Of a stretch of 64,000 bases of DNA, positions 19,922 through 30,373 are shown in pieces. The notes under the pieces were generated by a model that saw only the letters and a list, made by a program, of their open reading frames with translations, had not been told where the DNA came from and ran no database searches. The DNA is from Pseudomonadota bacterium (GTDB lineage Bacteria > Pseudomonadota > Alphaproteobacteria > Rhizobiales > Rhizobiaceae). Location: positions 6,886-70,885 of the forward strand of contig JBCBYO010000010.1 in the NCBI GenBank assembly GCA_039815825.1. The letters are read 5' to 3'. Numbering within the stretch: position 1 is the stretch's first letter; the number at the start of each line of letters is the position of its first letter. The position numbers were made by a program, and so were the translations under genes.

Positions 19922-19954
19922 AAACGTGTGCGTTTGTGCTCTTTGAAAACCGTA

Positions 19955-20419
19955 TTACTTGCCCAGCTTGCCAAATACGGGACGTTTTGGCTTGGCTATC
20001 GGTTGGATGGGTTGCGGTTCGGGTTGGCGGGGCGCTTGGTTCGCAGGACGCGTTGGATCCTCGCGTTGTACCCGAGTGTTTTCATCGACACGGTAAGCCG
20101 TCAGGACCTGATCACGCTTGTGCTTTTTCGACTCGCGAACGGGTCCCGTAAACTCAACGCCGACAAAGTCGCCACGGGACCAAATAATCTTGCAGGGGCG
20201 AATGGTGCCGTCGACGGGTATCGTCAACTCAAAATCAGAGGGGACCGTCGAGACATCCTTGAATTGGAGTTTCGCGCCATTTTCACTCATATCGCGCACA
20301 ACGCATTCAACTACGCTATGCAGCTCGGTCCAGCCGGCAAATCCCTGCTTAAGGGTACGAAGCCGCGGCTGACGCGCCTGCTCTTCGGCCTTTTGCACAG
20401 TCATTGTTTCATTGCCCAC
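19955..20419 (-). CDS. PilZ-domain protein (DgrA-like single-domain c-di-GMP receptor candidate)
   Basis: 154 aa. RQPRLR followed by CVVRDMSENGAKL, which is a D-x-S-x-x-G motif. The C-terminal tail is basic and P/Q-rich. Confidence 0.6.
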   Translation of the reverse strand: MGNETMTVQKAEEQARQPRLRTLKQGFAGWTELHSVVECVVRDMSENGAKLQFKDVSTVPSDFELTIPVDGTIRPCKIIWSRGDFVGVEFTGPVRESKKHKRDQVLTAYRVDENTRVQREDPTRPANQAPRQPEPQPIQPIAKPKRPVFGKLGK

Positions 20420-20607
20420 ATATATATGCCCAGTGCGATTCTAGCTTACACGCTCAATAAATCCGTGAAAAAGTACGGTTAACACTCGTCTACTTAGTAA
20501 ACGATCATGACTCCTCATGGTTGCACCGAGCTTGCGTCGGCAAATTGCTCTTGATGTGCGCCGGTCGATGAGCAAAGACTTGCGTGTCCACACGTGGGGA
20601 GGACGCC

Positions 20608-21564
20608 ATGCGGCTAGAAGGCCGGAGACGATCAACAAACGTTCAAGACTTACGCGGTTCGTCATCGCGGTCCCGAACAGGCTTCGGTCGGTCTACAAGC
20701 CAGCGCCGTGTCCGCATTCCTTCATCGAGGCGGTCACCTGTGCGTTCATCTGGTGGGGGCCTCGGCGGCATTATCTTGTTGGTGGTCGTATTTTTTGCCC
20801 TGCGTGCGTTCGGCATCGATCCGCTACAAGTGCTGGCGGGCGGTGGCGCACCCGGTGGATCGGTGTTCGATCAACTTGTACCGCAAACCCAATCAACGCG
20901 AACGCCAACGCCGGGCGTGACCCGAAATGATCCGCAAACCGTGTTCATCTCGCGCGTATTGGCCGAAACGGAAGATGTCTGGAACGGTATTTTCCAGGCG
21001 GAAGGCGGCAACTATCCAGAACCAATCCTGGTGCTCTTCGAAAGACAGGTCGCTTCTGCATGCGGGCGTGCAAGTTCGTCTTCCGGTCCGTTTTATTGCC
21101 CTGCCGATCGCAAGATTTACATCGATCTGAACTTCTTTGACCAGCTTGCAAACCGCTTTAATGCATCCGGTGATTTTGCGCAGGCTTATGTGGTCGCCCA
21201 CGAAGTCGGCCATCACATTCAAAACATCATAGGCGTGCTGCCCCGCTTCAATCAGATGCGCCGGCAAATGTCGCCAGCCGAGCAAAACGCCATGTCCGTT
21301 CGAGTGGAGCTACAAGCCGACTGTTTCGCTGGCATCTGGGGCCATTTTACCGAGCAAAAAGGATTACTTGAGCGTGGCGACCTGGAAGAAGCATTAAACG
21401 CAGCGGCTCAGATCGGCGATGATGCCATTCAAATGCGCACACGTGGGTTCATCGTCCCCGAAAGCTTTTCCCACGGCACATCCGAGCAGCGCCGTGACTG
21501 GTTCCTGCGTGGTTTTCAATCCGGGCGTTTCGCCGCGTGTGATACATTCAACAATCCGGTTTGA
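20608..21564 (+). CDS. ypfJ: Putative neutral zinc metallopeptidase (YpfJ family)
   Basis: N-terminus MRLEGRRRSTNVQDLRG, one TM segment, and HExxH in VVAHEVGHHIQN. SD GGGGAGGA lies upstream of the ATG at 20608. Confidence 0.8.
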   Translation: MRLEGRRRSTNVQDLRGSSSRSRTGFGRSTSQRRVRIPSSRRSPVRSSGGGLGGIILLVVVFFALRAFGIDPLQVLAGGGAPGGSVFDQLVPQTQSTRTPTPGVTRNDPQTVFISRVLAETEDVWNGIFQAEGGNYPEPILVLFERQVASACGRASSSSGPFYCPADRKIYIDLNFFDQLANRFNASGDFAQAYVVAHEVGHHIQNIIGVLPRFNQMRRQMSPAEQNAMSVRVELQADCFAGIWGHFTEQKGLLERGDLEEALNAAAQIGDDAIQMRTRGFIVPESFSHGTSEQRRDWFLRGFQSGRFAACDTFNNPV

Positions 21565-22241
21565 GTAACAGCAAACAAAGGCCCAAAGAGGCTGAACTCT
21601 ACCCGCCCGTCAAGGCTTTGCTGGAAGCGCAAGGCTATGAGGTGAAAGCTGAGGTGGCATCCGCCGATGTGGTCGGTAAACGCGGTGATGAACCGCCCGT
21701 TGTAGTGGAGATGAAAACAGGTTTTTCGCTCGCGCTTTTTCATCAGGCGGTGGAGCGGTTGAACGTGGTGGACCACGTTTATGTCGCCGTGCCACGAGCA
21801 ACCGGTGCAACGTTTTGGAAAGCGCTAAAGGCCAACACAAAACTGTGCCGTCGCTTGGGGCTAGGTCTGATAACGGTTCGTCTTAAAGACGGGTTCGCGG
21901 AAGTACATTGCGACCCAGCGCCTTATGCGCCTCGTAAGAACAAGCGCAAATCTGAGGCGCTGCTGCGTGAATTTCAAAAGCGGCAAGGCGACCCGAATGT
22001 CGGAGGCGTGACCCGCACGACGATCGTTACGGCCTACCGCCAAGATGCGCAAAAGATCGCCGACTATCTAAAAGAAAACGGCCCAACCAAGGCATCCATC
22101 GTCGCCAAAGAAACCGGCGTGGATCGCGCCCGCGCAATCATGGCAGACAATCACTATGGCTGGTTTGAGAAGGTGGAGCGGGGCGTTTACACCCTTGCCG
22201 TTAGCCCTTCGACGCCGCAATCAGATCAAAAAACCGCTTGA
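21561..22241 (+). CDS. Conserved hypothetical protein (DUF2161-like) with predicted PD-(D/E)xK nuclease-fold N-terminus and a wHTH-like C-terminus
   Basis: 226 aa. ...[33 protein letters not shown]... gives a D ... E-x-K pattern. The TTG start overlaps the ypfJ stop (TTGA). Confidence 0.5.
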   Translation: MSNSKQRPKEAELYPPVKALLEAQGYEVKAEVASADVVGKRGDEPPVVVEMKTGFSLALFHQAVERLNVVDHVYVAVPRATGATFWKALKANTKLCRRLGLGLITVRLKDGFAEVHCDPAPYAPRKNKRKSEALLREFQKRQGDPNVGGVTRTTIVTAYRQDAQKIADYLKENGPTKASIVAKETGVDRARAIMADNHYGWFEKVERGVYTLAVSPSTPQSDQKTA

Positions 22242-23451
22242 ATAGGTAATGTGAGTCCTGCGGCCCCGGGGAAGCCTCTGGGTGATGTTGCACCGAAAAG
22301 ACCGGCTTGCCGTCAACCGCGAGCCCACAGTTTGATCCATCAAACAAGGAAACATGTGTTTCCGTTACACCAGTTGGCAGTGTCGATGCGTCAACAGCAA
22401 AACCATGGTTCATGGATACGATTTCCACCTTACCGGTCGTATGGTCTTTGACCGGATGGTTCGCGCCATGATGGCCCTGGTGCATTTTCATTGTTTTCGC
22501 GCCCAAGGCGAGCGCCAGCATCTGGTGCCCAAGACAAATACCAAAGATAGGAATGCCTGATGCCACAAGCGCTTGAATGGTAGGCACGGCATACTCGCCC
22601 GTTGCCGCGGGATCGCCAGGGCCATTGGAAAGGAAAACGCCATCTGGCTTCTGCGCCAATACATCATCAGCACTTGTGCTGGCGGGCATGACTGTTACGC
22701 GCGCGCCCAGCCCTGACATCAAGCGCAAAATGTTACGCTTAACGCCAAAGTCGAGGGCGACGATATGAAACTGGTCATCAGCGCTTTCGCTGTAGCCCTC
22801 GTTCCAAACCCAGGGCTTTTGCGTCCATTTCGATGATTGGCCGGAGGTAACATCTTTGGCCAGATCAAGATCTTCCAAGCCGCTCCATGATTTCGCGCGG
22901 GCGATTAGCGCTTCCTCGTCAAACTTGCCGGACGGGTCATGGGCGATAACGGCGTTGGCCAGACCATTGTCGCGAATGTGTGCGGTCAGCGCACGCGTGT
23001 CGACGCCGGCGAGCGCAATAATGCCACGCTTTTCCAACCAGTCAGAAAAATGCTCTGCGTGCCGATAATTGGAAGGGTCCGTGACAGGGGCTTTGAAAAT
23101 AGCACCAACCGCGCCTGCGCGGTTTGCCGGCACCAGATCTTCAATATCCTCGTCATTTGTCCCCACATTGCCGATGTGAGGGAACGTGAAGGTTACGATT
23201 TGTCCGGCGTAGGAAGGGTCAGTCAGGATTTCCTGATACCCGGTCAAGGCCGTGTTGAAGCAGACCTCAGCTTCAATGGCGCCCGTCGCGCCGAGGCCTT
23301 TTCCCTTTAAAATTGTACCGTCGGCCAGAACTAAAACTGCAGTTGCAATTTCTGGCGCCCACGGGGCAGGCGTGACTTTTTGCGCCTCAATTGGGCTCGG
23401 CATAATGGGCCTCGGCTTGCAATCGTTCATGTCATTGTGATTTGTGTGCAA
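22201..23451 (-). CDS. carA: Carbamoyl-phosphate synthase small (glutaminase) subunit
   Basis: [22 protein letters not shown]-terminal domain and GATase triad region GICLGHQ ... HHGANHPV. The true start is probably an internal Met (M8 or M17). Confidence 0.93.
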   Translation of the reverse strand: MHTNHNDMNDCKPRPIMPSPIEAQKVTPAPWAPEIATAVLVLADGTILKGKGLGATGAIEAEVCFNTALTGYQEILTDPSYAGQIVTFTFPHIGNVGTNDEDIEDLVPANRAGAVGAIFKAPVTDPSNYRHAEHFSDWLEKRGIIALAGVDTRALTAHIRDNGLANAVIAHDPSGKFDEEALIARAKSWSGLEDLDLAKDVTSGQSSKWTQKPWVWNEGYSESADDQFHIVALDFGVKRNILRLMSGLGARVTVMPASTSADDVLAQKPDGVFLSNGPGDPAATGEYAVPTIQALVASGIPIFGICLGHQMLALALGAKTMKMHQGHHGANHPVKDHTTGKVEIVSMNHGFAVDASTLPTGVTETHVSLFDGSNCGLAVDGKPVFSVQHHPEASPGPQDSHYLFKRFFDLIAASKG

Positions 23452-23635
23452 AACACTATATGAGGCAGGAAATCAAGCATATGGTGGAACCAGGGTAGCG
23501 CGCCAACACATTATAAGTTGACTACGTTTTCCACAGCCTCATATGTGACCAATTTTCATGCACAGTGCGAGCCTAAACCCGGTTGCCAACCGCAAAAAGG
23601 GCAACTATTTTCTCGCGACGCACAAGGAGCGACAC

Positions 23636-24085
23636 ATGCGTGATGCAATCCAAACCGCGTTGAAAGCAGCACAAAAATCAGGTGACAAATGTCGTGTTTC
23701 GACACTTCGTCTCATCTGTGCTGCGATCAAGGATCGCGACATCGCTAATCGGACCGCTGGCAAAGATCCCGTGTCAGCCGACGATATCAACGATATTCTC
23801 GTAAAAATGGTCAAACAGCGTAAAGAAGCTGCGGTAACCTATGAAGAAGCAAACCGGCTTGAACTGGCAGAGCAGGAGCGCAAGGAAGCGCTTATCATCG
23901 CCGAGTTCATGCCCGAACAGCTATGCGAAGATGAGATCAAAAAAGCGGTCGCTAAAGTGGTTGAAGACACCGGCGCCGAAGGTCTTCGCGACATGGGCAA
24001 ATGCATGGGTGCGCTGAAGGAAAACTATCAAGGCCAGATGGATTTTACCAAAGCCTCCGGCATCGTCCGGGACTTGTTGCGTTAG
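23636..24085 (+). CDS. GatB/YqeY domain protein
   Basis: The sequence from MRDAIQTALKAAQKSGD onward is typical of YqeY. SD AAGGAG lies 7 nt upstream of the ATG at 23636. Confidence 0.8.
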   Translation: MRDAIQTALKAAQKSGDKCRVSTLRLICAAIKDRDIANRTAGKDPVSADDINDILVKMVKQRKEAAVTYEEANRLELAEQERKEALIIAEFMPEQLCEDEIKKAVAKVVEDTGAEGLRDMGKCMGALKENYQGQMDFTKASGIVRDLLR

Positions 24086-24088
24086 CCG

Positions 24089-24826
24089 TTACCCAAAAAA
24101 CAGCCGCCAAGCGATTGGCAACAATATCGAGGTCGCGATGGCGTTCAACCCCATCGCGATCCCCGCAAAAGCACCTGCGACCTCATTGACCTGAAGAGCT
24201 CTTGCGGTGCCGATGCCGTGTGATGCCGTGCCCATTGCGAAGCCGCGCGCCTCCCATCGTTTTACGCGCACCAAATCCATCGCAAGCGGGCCAAGGGCAG
24301 CGCCGATAATACCGGTTAGAATCACGAGAACGGCTGTGAGCGACGGCAAACCACCAAATTGTTCGGTGATGCCCATGGCAATGGGCGCTGTGACGGATTT
24401 GGGCGCCATGGCGAGTACAATATCGTCTGCAGCGCCGAGAAACCACGCCATGCTCACCGCGCTGGCCGATGCGAATGCGGAACCGGCGACAATGCTGAGA
24501 AACAAGGTCGCTGCGTGCCGCCGCACCTTGTTGAACTGCCGGTATAGCGGCACCGCCAGGGCTACCGTGGCAGGTCCGAGCAAGAAATGTACAAACTGCG
24601 CCCCTTCGAAAAATGTATCATAATCGGTGTTGGTCACGGTCAGCATGATGACCAGCAGGATCACTGAAATCGCAACAGGGTTGAGCAGCGGCGAACGGCC
24701 TGCCGCCTGATATATGGCGTTTCCAATCTGATAGGCGATCAGGACAAGCGTTAAGTGCAAAAGCGGTGACGTCGACAGATAGACCCAGACATCACGCACA
24801 TTGCCTGTTTCAATGGTATCAATCAT
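24089..24826 (-). CDS. lrgB: LrgB family membrane protein
   Basis: 245 aa, polytopic. It overlaps the upstream lrgA-like gene by 8 nt. Confidence 0.8.
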   Translation of the reverse strand: MIDTIETGNVRDVWVYLSTSPLLHLTLVLIAYQIGNAIYQAAGRSPLLNPVAISVILLVIMLTVTNTDYDTFFEGAQFVHFLLGPATVALAVPLYRQFNKVRRHAATLFLSIVAGSAFASASAVSMAWFLGAADDIVLAMAPKSVTAPIAMGITEQFGGLPSLTAVLVILTGIIGAALGPLAMDLVRVKRWEARGFAMGTASHGIGTARALQVNEVAGAFAGIAMGLNAIATSILLPIAWRLFFG

Positions 24827-25181
24827 CGGCAGGCTCGCTTTTGTCGCTCATATTCATCAGCGTTTGTGCGATGAAACCGGTGACGATAACCGCCGCGACA
24901 GTCGAGACAATCAATGTCACCCCGATGGGAAGAAGATCCGCTTCCAGTAGCCCCAGATGGACGATGATTCCGGTTCCGGCTGGCACAAACAGTAGCGATA
25001 GGTTCTTCAACAACGTATCAGCGACCGTGCTAAGGTCATCAGGTGTTGAGCCTTTGACGATCAAGCCAATCAACAAGATCACCATCCCCGCGACGGGGCC
25101 CGGCATCGGAAGGCCAAAAAAGGCCACAATCGCCTCGCCAATCAGCTGGCAAGAAAAAATGATGGTGATCCATAAAAGCAT
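24819..25181 (-). CDS. lrgA: CidA/LrgA family membrane protein
   Basis: 120 aa with 4 TM segments. It is paired with lrgB. Confidence 0.8.
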   Translation of the reverse strand: MLLWITIIFSCQLIGEAIVAFFGLPMPGPVAGMVILLIGLIVKGSTPDDLSTVADTLLKNLSLLFVPAGTGIIVHLGLLEADLLPIGVTLIVSTVAAVIVTGFIAQTLMNMSDKSEPADD

Positions 25182-25275
25182 GAGCGACTCGCTTTGAAAA
25201 ACTTGTACACACCCTTACCACGCTTGTGACCTGGTTGGTCTTGTGTAGCGGCCAACGAATAGGCATTTTCACTTC

Positions 25276-27198
25276 ATGCGCTTCTCACCTGGTTTTCTGG
25301 ACGAAATTCGTGACCGCGTCCCCATTTCGGACGTGATTGCGACCCGTGTCACGTGGGATAAGCGCAAAACCAACGCGTCACGTGGCGATTACTGGGCTTG
25401 CTGCCCGTTTCATGGCGAGAGCACCCCTTCTTTTCACTGCGAGGACAAAAAGGGTCGGTACTATTGCTTCGGTTGCGGTGCGTCTGGCGACCATTTCCGC
25501 TTTTTAACAGAACAAGAAGGCATTTCGTTCCCAGAAGCGGTGGAACGTATCGCGAATATGGCAGGCGTATCCATGCCTGCGCCGGACCCGGAAGCCGCTA
25601 AGCGCGAGAAGCAACGCGCAACGCTCTATGATGTTGCCGAAGCGGCCGCCAAGTTCTTCGAAGCCCAATTGCAAATGCAGCCCGGAACCGCAGCCCGTGC
25701 TTACCTTCGTGAAAGAGGATTGAGCGCTGCAACGATCGGCAAGTTCCGTTTGGGTTTTGCGCCCGCCAGCCGGTCGGCGCTCAAGGAGCATTTGGCCTCG
25801 ATCGGCGCAACGAAAGATCAGATCGAGCAGTGCGGGCTGGTGGTACATGGTCCCGATATTCCGGTTTCCTATGACCGGTTCCGCGACCGCATCATGTTTC
25901 CGATTGAGGACCCTCAGGGCAGGGTGATCGCTTTTGGCGGTCGGGCGATGTCGAAAGATGTGCCGGCCAAATATCTCAATTCGCCGGAAGGGCCGCTGTT
26001 TCACAAATCCGATGTTCTTTACAACTTCAAACGCGCACGGGCGGCCACCGGAAAGGATGGCTCCATCACGGTGGTTGAAGGCTATATGGATGTCATCGCC
26101 CTCGATCAGGCAGGCTTCCCAAACGCGGTCGCACCGCTTGGCACAGCGCTCACGGAAAGCCAATTGGCGAAAATCTGGCGCGTGACATCCGAGCCGGTCC
26201 TTTGTTTTGATGGCGACCAAGCGGGATTGAGAGCGGCTTACCGCTCATTAGATCTGGCATTACCGGAACTGAAACCGGGCAAGTCTGTGCGCTTTGCACT
26301 GTTGCCGGACGGAAAAGACCCCGACGATTTGGTTAAGGTGGATGGTCCGCCAGCATTTAAGGCGCTTATTGATCAGTCAAAGTCAGCGGCCGATTTGCTC
26401 TGGCTACGTGAAACCGGTGGCCGCTCATTCGATACGCCAGAGCGCCGTGCACAACTGGAAGCTGAGCTGAAAACGGCCACAGACCTCATCCAAGACCCGG
26501 CCGTAAGGCGGCACTATGGCCAGGAAATGCGCGACCGCGCCAATTCATTTTTTGGTGTACCTGAAAGGCAAAACAGCAACCGGCAAAACGGGAGCAAGTT
26601 TGGCAAGGTTGGACGAAAGGGCGCTGTGGCCGTCAGTGACAGGTTGAATAAATCGCGGCTCCTTTCGACGGCACCCACACCCAAGACGGCAGGCGATATT
26701 CCGGTCCGCGAGGCAGCGCTCTTAACGGCGGTAATGGAGCATCCCGACTTGATCGGTGAGTATTTTGACCTTTTCAGTACGCTTGAGTTTTCCAGTGCAG
26801 CGTCGAAGGGCGTACGTGCAGCGCTGCTGGAAGCTTATGCCGAGACAAGTGCGCGCGATCGCGAAACGCTTCTGGTCCACAGCGCCTGCCAAAAAGTGGG
26901 TGATGCGATTGAGCAAGTGACGACCATCGTCAAACGCCAGAGGCTTTGGGTTTTCACGTCACAAGCGGCTTTGGAAGATGCGCGTGAAGCGTTTGCGCAG
27001 GCAATCGAACTACACCAGCGGGCCAGCGGTCTCTCGCGGGAATTGCGAGCAGCCGAGCAGGCGCTTGCCATTGATACCAGCGAGGTTAACTTTAACCGAC
27101 TTGTCTCCATCCAGGAAAAAATCCGGCGCGAGCAGGGTCTCGAGGCACTCATCGACGGATTTGGTCAATTGTCTGGTCGCCCTTCACGGTCTTTTTGA
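25276..27198 (+). CDS. dnaG: DNA primase
   Basis: 640 aa. CHC2 zinc finger CPFHGESTPSFHCEDKKGRYYCFGCGASGD and TOPRIM motif VVEGYMDVIAL. Confidence 0.96.
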   Translation: MRFSPGFLDEIRDRVPISDVIATRVTWDKRKTNASRGDYWACCPFHGESTPSFHCEDKKGRYYCFGCGASGDHFRFLTEQEGISFPEAVERIANMAGVSMPAPDPEAAKREKQRATLYDVAEAAAKFFEAQLQMQPGTAARAYLRERGLSAATIGKFRLGFAPASRSALKEHLASIGATKDQIEQCGLVVHGPDIPVSYDRFRDRIMFPIEDPQGRVIAFGGRAMSKDVPAKYLNSPEGPLFHKSDVLYNFKRARAATGKDGSITVVEGYMDVIALDQAGFPNAVAPLGTALTESQLAKIWRVTSEPVLCFDGDQAGLRAAYRSLDLALPELKPGKSVRFALLPDGKDPDDLVKVDGPPAFKALIDQSKSAADLLWLRETGGRSFDTPERRAQLEAELKTATDLIQDPAVRRHYGQEMRDRANSFFGVPERQNSNRQNGSKFGKVGRKGAVAVSDRLNKSRLLSTAPTPKTAGDIPVREAALLTAVMEHPDLIGEYFDLFSTLEFSSAASKGVRAALLEAYAETSARDRETLLVHSACQKVGDAIEQVTTIVKRQRLWVFTSQAALEDAREAFAQAIELHQRASGLSRELRAAEQALAIDTSEVNFNRLVSIQEKIRREQGLEALIDGFGQLSGRPSRSF

Positions 27199-27355
27199 GC
27201 CCAAAACGGGTGCAAATATGCAACCGACGCCGATGGGAAAAAGAATCTCGTATGAATCTGCTTGATTCGACCCTAAATGGCTTGGAAAAGCGAAAATCCA
27301 CACCTATTTGCGCTCATCAGTATGTTTGTATCGCGCGGCGGAGCGCTATTTACGG

Positions 27356-27370
27356 TTAATCGCCGGTTAA
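27356..27370 (+). promoter_or_regulatory. Candidate CtrA box TTAA-N7-TTAA upstream of rpoD
   Basis: TTAAtcgccggTTAA. It is part of three direct CGGTTAA heptamers at 27353, 27364 and 27378, and lies about 105 nt upstream of the rpoD ATG. Confidence 0.35.
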
Positions 27371-27474
27371 GGCGAAACGGTTAAACGCCGAATAGGAATG
27401 ATCCGTGCGACACGGGGAAATTGCGGTACGTGATGGATCGGGATCCAACAAGTGCTGCCGGAGTAGCAAATAAT

Positions 27475-29505
27475 ATGGCGACAAAAGTCAAAGAAAATAA
27501 AGACGCTGAAACAGAAAACGAAGCTACGGCGGATGGTCCGCTCCTCGATCTGAGCGATGACAGTGTCAAAAAACTGATCAAGGCTGCCAAAAAGCGCGGT
27601 TATGTCACGATGGACGAGATAAATGCTGTCCTCCCATCGGACCAAACGGACCCCGACAAAATTGAAGACGTCATGGCCATGTTCTCCGACATGGGCATCA
27701 ATGTTGTTGAAGATGATGACGCCGAGAACAATGACGGTGAAGGGGAAGCAGCTTCCACATCGACGGAAGTAACGACGGCTGCCGGTTCTGCCGTTACCGC
27801 AACCGGCAAAAAGAAAGAGCCGACGGACCGCACTGACGATCCCGTGCGCATGTATCTGCGTGAGATGGGACAGGTTGAGCTTTTGTCGCGCGAAGGCGAA
27901 ATCGCCATTGCCAAGCGCATTGAGGCCGGCCGTGAGACCATGATTGCGGGCTTGTGCGAAAGCCCGCTGACCTTCCAGGCGATCATCATCTGGCGTGATG
28001 AGCTTTTGGAAGAAAACATCCTTTTGCGCGACATCATCGATCTTGAAACCACCTATGCGGGCCCCGAAGCCAAGCAGGCGCCAAAAGTCCCGACGCCCGA
28101 AGAAATTGAACAGGCCCGCCGCGAGCGCGAGGAAAAAGAGCGCGCATTACGTCGTCCGCGCAACCACGACGACATCACCGATGTGGGCCCCAACGGGCAT
28201 CAAGAGGAAGAAGAAGACGAAGACGAGGCCAATCTGTCGCTCGCCGCGATGGAAGCTGAGTTGCGCGACGATGTCATGCAAACATTTGACGACATCGCCA
28301 ACGTCTACGCCAAGCTGCGCAAATTGCAGGACCAGCAGGTTGAGAACGCTCTGGTAGACGGGAAGGAAAGTCTCTCACCGGCTCAAAAGAAGCGTTATAC
28401 CGAGCTGCGCGATGAGCTGGTCACCTTCGTAAAATCGCTTTCGCTTAATAATCAGCGGATCGACCAACTGGTTGAGCAGCTTTATGCGATCAACAAGGAT
28501 ATGGTGCAGTGCGAAGGTCGGTTGCTGCGCTTGGCAGAAAGTTATGGCGTTGGCCGCGAAGAGTTTCTCAAGCAGTATCAAGGCACCGAACTGGATCCAA
28601 ACTGGGTCGAAACGCTAGTAAAATCTGAATCCAAAGCTTGGGCCGATTTTGCGGCCAAAGAGACCAAACGCATCAGCGAGTTGCGCTCCGACATTCAAGA
28701 GATCGCTTCGGTAACCGGCATTTCAATTCCCGAGTTCCGTCGCATTGTCATGCAAGTGCAAAAAGGTGAGCGCGAGGCGCGCATCGCCAAGAAAGAAATG
28801 GTCGAGGCCAACCTGCGTCTCGTGATCTCAATCGCGAAGAAATACACCAACCGCGGATTGCAGTTCCTCGATCTCATTCAAGAGGGCAATATCGGCCTGA
28901 TGAAAGCCGTTGATAAGTTTGAGTATCGGCGCGGCTATAAATTCTCCACCTATGCGACTTGGTGGATCCGTCAGGCGATCACCCGCTCCATTGCGGACCA
29001 AGCACGTACCATTCGTATTCCGGTGCACATGATTGAGACGATCAACAAGATCGTACGGACATCCCGTCAAATGCTTCACGAGATTGGTCGCGAACCCACA
29101 CCGGAAGAGCTGTCCGATAAGCTGGCGATGCCGCTCGAAAAAGTGCGCAAGGTTTTGAAAATTGCCAAAGAGCCGATCTCTCTGGAGACACCGGTGGGTG
29201 ATGAGGAAGATTCGCACCTTGGCGATTTCATCGAGGACAAGAATGCGATCCTGCCCATCGATGCTGCTATTCAGGCTAACTTGCGTGAAACTACAACACG
29301 GGTACTGGCTTCACTCACACCGCGTGAAGAACGCGTGCTGCGCATGCGCTTCGGCATCGGCATGAACACCGACCACACGCTGGAAGAAGTCGGCCAGCAA
29401 TTCTCGGTGACACGTGAACGTATCCGCCAGATTGAAGCCAAAGCGTTGCGCAAGCTCAAACATCCGAGCCGGTCGCGCAAACTGCGCAGCTTCCTGGATC
29501 AGTAG
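27475..29505 (+). CDS. rpoD: RNA polymerase primary sigma factor
   Basis: Starts MATKVKENK. Acidic region 1, the rpoD box [27 protein letters not shown], and region 4.2 [25 protein letters not shown]. Confidence 0.96.
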   Translation: MATKVKENKDAETENEATADGPLLDLSDDSVKKLIKAAKKRGYVTMDEINAVLPSDQTDPDKIEDVMAMFSDMGINVVEDDDAENNDGEGEAASTSTEVTTAAGSAVTATGKKKEPTDRTDDPVRMYLREMGQVELLSREGEIAIAKRIEAGRETMIAGLCESPLTFQAIIIWRDELLEENILLRDIIDLETTYAGPEAKQAPKVPTPEEIEQARREREEKERALRRPRNHDDITDVGPNGHQEEEEDEDEANLSLAAMEAELRDDVMQTFDDIANVYAKLRKLQDQQVENALVDGKESLSPAQKKRYTELRDELVTFVKSLSLNNQRIDQLVEQLYAINKDMVQCEGRLLRLAESYGVGREEFLKQYQGTELDPNWVETLVKSESKAWADFAAKETKRISELRSDIQEIASVTGISIPEFRRIVMQVQKGEREARIAKKEMVEANLRLVISIAKKYTNRGLQFLDLIQEGNIGLMKAVDKFEYRRGYKFSTYATWWIRQAITRSIADQARTIRIPVHMIETINKIVRTSRQMLHEIGREPTPEELSDKLAMPLEKVRKVLKIAKEPISLETPVGDEEDSHLGDFIEDKNAILPIDAAIQANLRETTTRVLASLTPREERVLRMRFGIGMNTDHTLEEVGQQFSVTRERIRQIEAKALRKLKHPSRSRKLRSFLDQ

Positions 29506-29638
29506 GTGTGAGATTGTAATCTATTGGGCCTTCAAGTGAGCCGCAAATAGTCAAAATGATTGATTATTTCAGCTCAAAATGCTACTTGAGGGTATGGAGA
29601 TTGATATGACCGGACCAGTAAGACCACTAATCTGAATG

Positions 29639-30253
29639 TCAAACATCGGCCTGACCGGGCGGTATATTTGCGTGTACTTTGCGGTCGGGCGACTCCTTTA
29701 AATATCGAGAAAGCCCCAAATGTAGGCGTTTGCTCGATAAGCGCAGGCTCTTCATCGCCTTATCTGCATCTTCAATAGCATAACACTTTTGCTCCGGTGT
29801 GAGCTCGCTCCAAAGTTGCGAGCTAATATACTTCAATGCCGCTTCAGCGACGACATCATCATAGTGGTATTTCATGCCAAGTCTGATCAGACCCTTGTTC
29901 ACGCCGGGCATGTCGTTGATCAGCTTTTCAATGGCTGAAGTACTTGACCGGTAGTTAAATGAATATGGTCTGTAGGCTTTTACATCACGTATTCGACGCT
30001 TGAGTGCGTTCATTTGAAAACTAAACTGCCATTGCAGGCAGTCATAGTTCACCAATTTACTTTCTTCCCACAAAGCACTTAATACATGAGTGTTGGCCCT
30101 GTGAGTGCGCCGCCAAAACACAAACGCGCTTATCCATGCCGCGATGATAGGCGTAAGCCAGAAGCCTAACGTATCTAAAAACACCGATCCGGCTTTTGGG
30201 TCCTGATATTCTACAGATAAAAACTCTATCAACAGATTATCCAAGCAAAGCAA
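29639..30253 (-). CDS. Hypothetical membrane-anchored protein (no family recognised)
   Basis: 204 aa. One N-terminal TM segment (LGFWLTPIIAAWISAFVFW) and a helical K/R-rich remainder. Local GC is about 40-50%, against about 55% in the flanks. Confidence 0.5.
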   Translation of the reverse strand: MLCLDNLLIEFLSVEYQDPKAGSVFLDTLGFWLTPIIAAWISAFVFWRRTHRANTHVLSALWEESKLVNYDCLQWQFSFQMNALKRRIRDVKAYRPYSFNYRSSTSAIEKLINDMPGVNKGLIRLGMKYHYDDVVAEAALKYISSQLWSELTPEQKCYAIEDADKAMKSLRLSSKRLHLGLSRYLKESPDRKVHANIPPGQADV

Positions 30254-30373
30254 AGTATAGTGAATTGGAAATCGATATTGGACAAACGCCCGGATTATAC
30301 CAGCGAAAAGTTCATTTGAGAAAAGATGCGGGTTTCCCTAGCGTGCCGCCGAAGCGAAACGGAAGCCCTGAAA

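Noticed and set aside
25182-25275. A switch of predominant gene orientation at about 25.2 kb (mostly minus to the left, mostly plus to the right), with a DnaA-box-like TTGTACACA in the lrgA-dnaG spacer. I considered whether this is a replication origin.
   Set aside because: The spacer is only 94 bp and not AT-rich, and the single match is imperfect (7/9). The neighbourhood is not a usual alphaproteobacterial origin context (hemE/parAB/dnaA). The apparent G/C skew I sampled simply follows coding strand. The orientation switch may well be coincidental.
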